Below are positions 58,172 through 64,000 of a stretch of 64,000 nt of DNA, piece after piece. The notes under the pieces were generated by a model. It was not told the origin of the DNA, searched no databases, and was given only the letters and a program-made list of their open reading frames with translations. Source of the DNA: Eledone cirrhosa (lineage: Eukaryota). The stretch covers positions 38,130,001-38,194,000 of the forward strand of contig OZ024757.1 in the NCBI GenBank assembly GCA_964016885.1, read 5' to 3'. The translations under genes and the position numbers were made by a program. Position 1 is the stretch's first letter. Every line of letters starts with the position of its first letter.

Positions 58172-58809
58172 CTACAAAGACAAAACAAAACAAAAAGGTA
58201 AAAAAAAAAGTATTCCCGAAAACCTAAAACCATGGCAGCCATTAATAATAACAAAGACTTCTGCACATATACGTCCAAGAGTTTTTGACCTTTTAAACTT
58301 TATACCTTTGACGCTATGATAAATGTGACAACGTTGATAATTTCACTAGCGAATGCTCTGATGTCCTAAACATTTATTAGACAAATTATGCTGGGTATTG
58401 TGATATTTTTTTTTTCAAATGCAAAAGAGAAATAAAAAAAATCAACACACACGCAGTAAAAAATCGCGAAATCTGATATATCGCTGTGTTTGATTAGTTG
58501 TTCAAAATTTCCAGAGTTTTTTCTATCGCAACTCAATCTCAAACTAAACATTTTTCCTTCAGTTTCTAGTCATTTTTTTGTCCTTTCATGTCCTCCTTTA
58601 ATGTTGTCACTCCGGATGAATTAAAAAATCTCGTTGCTTTCATGTATATATATTTGATAGCTTTATTGTTGTAGCTGTTTGTGGTGGTCACGTGGTGGTG
58701 TGGTGTGGTGTGGTATGGTATGGTGTGGTTTGGTGGTGGTGGTGTGCTGAAACATTTTTTGTTTATTTACTTACAAATGTATCCACATAGTGATATATTC
58801 AAGGATTCT

Positions 58810-58846
58810 ACATGTTTATATATATATATATATATATGTATATATA

Positions 58847-58881
<35 letters not shown>

Positions 58882-59165
58882 CATATGTGTTGATGTGTAT
58901 ATATATATACATATATATATATATATAAATACATATATGTGTTGATGTGTATATATATATATAAATACATATATATATATATAAATACATATATGTGTTG
59001 ATGTGTATATATATATATAAATACATATATATATATATAAATACATATATGTATTGATGTGTATATATATATATATATATATAAATACATATATGTGTTG
59101 ATGTGTGTATATATATATATATATATAAATACATATATGTGTTGATGTGTATATATATATATCAT
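58810..59165. repeat. minisatellite TAAATACATATATGTGTTGATGTG(TA)n
   Basis: About 6 units. Confidence 0.9.
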
Positions 59166-59903
59166 GTGTTGTATATCATGTGTTGTATATGTTTTGCTCA
59201 TGGTTGTATATCAAACTTATAACATTTACGTTTGTGATGTGTGGATGCGTACAAATAAATATTCATAAAACGGAACAGATATAATTTTAATGACAGATGT
59301 CATATCTGCGCGAGTAAGAACTTTCTAAACAGTGCCTGGCTTTGATATATCAACTGTAATTTTTCACTTTCCCTACACATATTTCAATTATATTACCATG
59401 ATTAGACATCGGGAAAAATAGATTCCATACATATTTATTGTAGAGAAGTGGTCTTTCATATATTTGCTGTCATTTTTAGTTGTTACATCACTGCGAACTA
59501 CTATATTCTTATTTAAAGTTTAGTTTATTTATATCAAATATTTGTTCTCCCTTTATACAGTGACATTGTATTATATAAAAACAAAACGAATTTTTTAATA
59601 TACAGCAAGTCCCATCTTAGGAACATCCTACTTATAAACGTACGACGCAGATATATACAGTCTTAGGAAGAAAAAAATAATTGTCTGTGTTTGAAATTCG
59701 CGTTTTTTCGAACTCCGGGTCCTCTCTTTTGTAACATGAAAAAAGGGTTGATTCTTTTGGATAAAAAAAACAGAAATTGAACATATGGTATACCATTCTA
59801 CATTCGCATAATTGAAAAATTACTATTTTTTCTTTAGCTTTAGAGTGTTTAAATTCATTATCACATGTTTTATATGACAATATATACTATATATATATAT
59901 ATA

Positions 59904-59938
<35 letters not shown>

Positions 59939-60329
59939 ATATGGAAACTCGCAGTAACAATGTAACATATATATATATATGGGCTTACTGGTACGTACTG
60001 TGTTAGACGATCAACTTACAAACAAATCAACTAACGTGTTCGTAAGTTCGATACTTACTCTATGCTTAACCATCGAGTATATTGATAATGGCTAAATTCA
60101 CCAATATTTGATGTGTAGTGTAATAATTGTTAGATATGGTATCGATTATGTTTTAATATTTCTGAATCGAATTATACCCATCATTGATAGCTAAAAGGTC
60201 TGGGTCGAACCAAAAGACCTCTCAGGTCGGTGTTTGTCTCTATTTCCGTCATCCCTCGACTGGAGGCCAGTCCATCGCAAGTTTAAAGACCCAGCTATTA
60301 CTGCTACTCATTGTTTCATATAGTTACAT

Positions 60330-61025
60330 CCTTTCACGTTCCAAGTTCAAATCCCACTGAGGTTAGCTCATCATTTGAAGCACCAGTAATGCACTGGTGG
60401 CGATTTAATCGACTTTCCCCTCCTCAAATTATTGCCATTGTGTCTTTAGTAGAAACCATTCGTCATGTGCTATCCGTAATGTATATTTTCTAAATATCTT
60501 TCTATTTAATAAAGAAAACAATGGATTGGCATAATAGATAGAGCATCGGGCCACATGCTTTGCATCATATAGTAACGGCTCTTTACGTTCTGAGATAAAA
60601 TCCTGCCGAGGTTAGCTTAGCCTTTCATCCGTCCGATGTCGTTAAATAAAGAACCAGTAATGCACTGGGGTCCACTTAATAGATTTTCCCTCCCCGCCAA
60701 CATTTCTGCCCCTGTACCTATATCAGAAACCATTATTATTATTATTATTGACAGAACATCGGACACCATGCTTTGCAGCATAATGTTACGCCCCTTTATT
60801 ATTTGAGTTCAAATCCGGCCGATGTTAACTTTGCCTTTCATCCTTATGGGGTCGATAAAATAAAGTAGCAGTCACGCACTGGGGTTGATTTACTCGACTT
60901 TCTCCTCCCCCAAAATTACTGGCCTTGTGCCTATATAAAAAAACATTATTATTATTATTATTATTAAAGTACCAGTAATGCACTGGATAATTGCTGGCCT
61001 TGTGCCTAAAGTAGAAACAATTATT
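60330..61025 (+). mobile_element. four head-to-tail SINE family A copies joined by (ATT)n
   Basis: Repeated core and tail. Confidence 0.85.
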
Positions 61026-61440
61026 ATTATTATTATTATTATAAACGTATGAGAAGAAGAAACATGAAATGAAATTTCATTTAAACAAATAAATAATATT
61101 TTATAAAGTTAAAAGTTGCCTCAGAAACCTTGGAAAGAAAAAAAAAATTAATATTATGGCAATAAATAAATGGGTTATCTGTTTGTTAAAGTGTTAAAGT
61201 ACGTTGCTGGGGTTCTCGTATAATAGACAGATGGAATTAAGTGATTAGATGTTAAAACATGACAGACAATTATTATTATCATTAATGTGTGTTGTTGTTT
61301 TTATTAATATTTTGAAGTTGCCGCTGATTCTTTATTAGTCTAGACATATTTTCAGATCTTAGTTAAGGATTAGTTGTTTTTTTAACTTGTCTTTAGACGT
61401 TTCGATAACAATTTTTTATTTTGTTTTATTCTCAGAATTC

Positions 61441-62082
61441 TTGCAGCGCGGCCAGGGGTCTATTATATAGGGTAAGCTTGATCGGAAGAGCTCGAAGAAA
61501 ACGGTTAAGGGTGCGATCTGTTGTGGCTTGGGAATCTTCCGTTTTCAAGTCGGGTGCGTGCCGGCTTACCCTATGGGCTGTCGGCTGTCTCCGTCTCGAA
61601 TGAGCTGCCAACCAGTACTCGCCCGCTCTGCCTGCACGTTAACGCCCGCCCTCCGCCTCCACCGCGTCTTCCGCCGACGATGCGTGCCGATCCGCCGCCG
61701 CCGACCCGTGTGCTTGCGCGTCGCTGCCGGGGAATCCAGCCGACGACGCCCGAACGGCGGCGTGTTGTAGCTTCGCCGACGACACGCCGCCATCTAGCCT
61801 CCTTTAGGGAGGCCCCGCGTAGACGGCGGGAAGGAATCCAACCCGCCGGCTAGGCGGTTCCGCCGCCGACCCGTACGCTTGCGAGTCGCTGCCGAGAAAG
61901 GCAGGCGGGAAGGCGGGGTGTATACGCGACACGACGCCGCCTTTCGCCCTGCGGCCGGTAAACGTTCCCTTGATCGTCCCCGCGTCGATCGCGAGAAAGA
62001 ACGCAACCCGTCGGTGAGGCGGTTCCGCCGCCGACCCGTAGGGTTGCGAGTAGGCGTCGGGGAATCCGGCCGCTCACGGCGT
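61441..62082. repeat. GC/CpG-rich island with three diverged 165-bp units; possible rDNA spacer/ETS orphon
   Basis: CCGACCCGT at 61701, 61866 and 62031; TATATAGGG at 61464-61472. Confidence 0.7.
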
Positions 62083-63278
62083 TTATTTCATGATAGTTCC
62101 TTGTTTAATTACTAACAAACTTTTGATTATTTGTGTTGTTGTTGTTGTTATATTGTGTGTTTGCTTTCATTTACCGAAAAAAAAAGTGACTGGCAAAATG
62201 TTTCAAGAAAGTATCGCACCCTCCTCCACTATTACACAACTAAATTCCCACCAAAACAGACAATCAGACAAAAAGATATTCTTAAAGAAAATATCAACTG
62301 TTGGAAAAAATAAAGATGTTTTCTCTGTTTTCTCTTTTTTAAGAAGCATGTTCGGAGTATTAACGTCATAATTACGCGCATCCTACAACACACATTGATA
62401 CTACTTCAACACACAACCACATACACATATACACATGTGTATATACACACACACACTGAAGCACTTGTTGCTAGACAAAATTAAAAAAATATAATAAAAA
62501 TGAAAATGACAACAATGTGAGCCGTTCTCATACTGTCGGTTTTGAACACTCTTTTCTTTGAACATTTTGGTTTCAGAAGAAAATAAAATAATGTCTAGCG
62601 ATTTGGTTTGATATCGGCAAAAAATAAAAACAAGGTAAACCAGAGAGAAAAAACTTGTATGAATGGAGACATTTCTTTGCTAAAATTTGATGACGCAAAC
62701 GAACGCTTTTAAACGAACACTTTTAAATATGGACATAACTTGATATGGAAAAAAATACTGCATAGACAGAAAATAACGACAGCATATCTTAGAATCAAAA
62801 CACTGATTGTACCACTGGATTTCGATTTAAAGACAACTCCTTTCCCTATTCTAGAAATCGACAAAGATAGCCCCTCCGTATTGTGTATCTACTCAGAAGT
62901 CTAACAACGACACAAGTGTATATAAAAAATTGAGTCGAAGAGTTTATAAAGAAACTCTTACAAAACTTTTTATAAATAAACTCTTATAAAACTTTACCAG
63001 AAACCCATGATCGGTGTGTGCTCAATATCCCATCTAAAGTTTAATACCACCAAATGAGGTAAAGTTAGATGGCATAGTACAACTCGAAGATATATGACGG
63101 TATGTTACTTGCCTTAAAGCATGTAAAACCTTGACTGATATTTAACATTACACAGTTCACTAGAAGGAATCAGAGCAACTCCTCTCCATACCGACAAACA
63201 TAAAGCCGATATAAACTTATATCGTATATATAGTGTATATACTTTTATATATACGTCGGTTTCTTAGCAAACATCTAA

Positions 63279-63492
63279 GGTAGATTGGCAGTAACGGTGG
63301 AGCGTCGAACAATATTCTTTGTGACATAGGATTACGTCCCTTTACGATCTGAGTTCAAATCCTGCCGAGGTGAGCTTTGCCTTTCATCCTTACGGGGTCG
63401 ATAAAATAAAGCACCAGTAATACACTGGTGTCGATTTAAGCGACTTTCTCCTGCATCCAAATTGATGGCCTTGTGCCTAAAGTAGAAACAAT
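63279..63492 (+). mobile_element. SINE family A, long form
   Basis: Head, core and tail. Confidence 0.88.
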
Positions 63493-63669
63493 ATATAACA
63501 AAATGGCTTTGTTTAGATTTGAACTCAAGGTACCAAAACAATGATCTGTAGTATTAACGGATGAAAACTCTATTCTAGAATGTATGACAAAGACTCAGCT
63601 TTCACGCAAAACAGCGCAACATCTGTTTAAGTTTAGAGAATCTGTTTACATTGCAAGAAAACTTCTTAC

Positions 63670-63896
63670 ATGTACAAATCTTGGACGAAAATAACACATA
63701 AATAACGGAACACAACAGAAATGAGAATGTGACAAATCTTAAAAGAGCTGCACAGTGAAGAAATCTTTGTGGTGTATTTTATGGTAACATCTCATGATTT
63801 CCGCTGATATATTTCTTTCCTCGTATCATCTTTTGATTTTTCCTTGTTCTTTTGCTTTTATTGCGTCTTCTTCTATCAAGAAACGTTATTTGAAAT
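63670..63896 (-). other. candidate 227-nt exon encoding a TM/signal-like segment with one in-frame stop
   Basis: TTCTTCTCAG acceptor, GTAAGA donor; MIRGKKYISGNHEMLP*NTPQRFLHCAALLRFVTFSFLLCSVIYVLFSSKICT. Confidence 0.35.
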
Positions 63897-64000
63897 CTGA
63901 GAAGAAATTAGAATAAATTACTTCACAAATGGACTTGTGAAGTTCGTTTAATCTCCCCCTACCTCTCTCTATCTCCTCCTCTTTCCTTCTTCCCACTCCC

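Noticed and set aside
61480-61494. GATCGGAAGAGCTCG, 15-nt identity to the old Illumina adapter start
   Set aside because: The match stops before TATGCC and sits inside a coherent GC-rich element; probably chance, though read support should be checked.
61521-62115. Arg/Pro-rich ORFs in the GC island
   Set aside because: Overlapping ORFs on both strands are expected from high GC; no recognisable domain.

Overview
AT-rich, microsatellite-dominated eukaryotic intronic/intergenic DNA. The dominant tRNA-derived SINE (core TTTGCCTTTCATCCTTACGGGGTCGATAAAATAAAGTACCAG) closely resembles the octopus SINE, so the source is probably an octopod cephalopod (inference). Nearly all supplied ORFs are artefacts of (TA)n/(CA)n/(GA)n repeats. 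Supported content: a 5'-truncated Neptune-type Penelope-like element (PLE) with a GIY-YIG endonuclease; about 25 SINE copies; RTE LINE fragments; Tc1/mariner- and hAT-type MITEs; a few candidate minus-strand exons; a possible decayed innexin-like gene; and a GC-rich island with exact 165-bp periodicity. The most striking signal is a dense population of small self-cleaving-ribozyme elements, most of them in or beside (TA)n tracts. There are 11 hammerhead (HHR) cores with intact CUGAUGA...GAAA, about 8 degenerate ones and several half-ribozymes, many in fold-back form. One ~380-bp family carries two opposite-polarity hammerheads whose arms are more alike within a copy than between copies. A bipartite non-autonomous RTE derivative with an HDV-like ribozyme and a MITE with two convergent tRNA-like Pol III units are also present. 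All alignments and folds were done by eye; no database searches were run.
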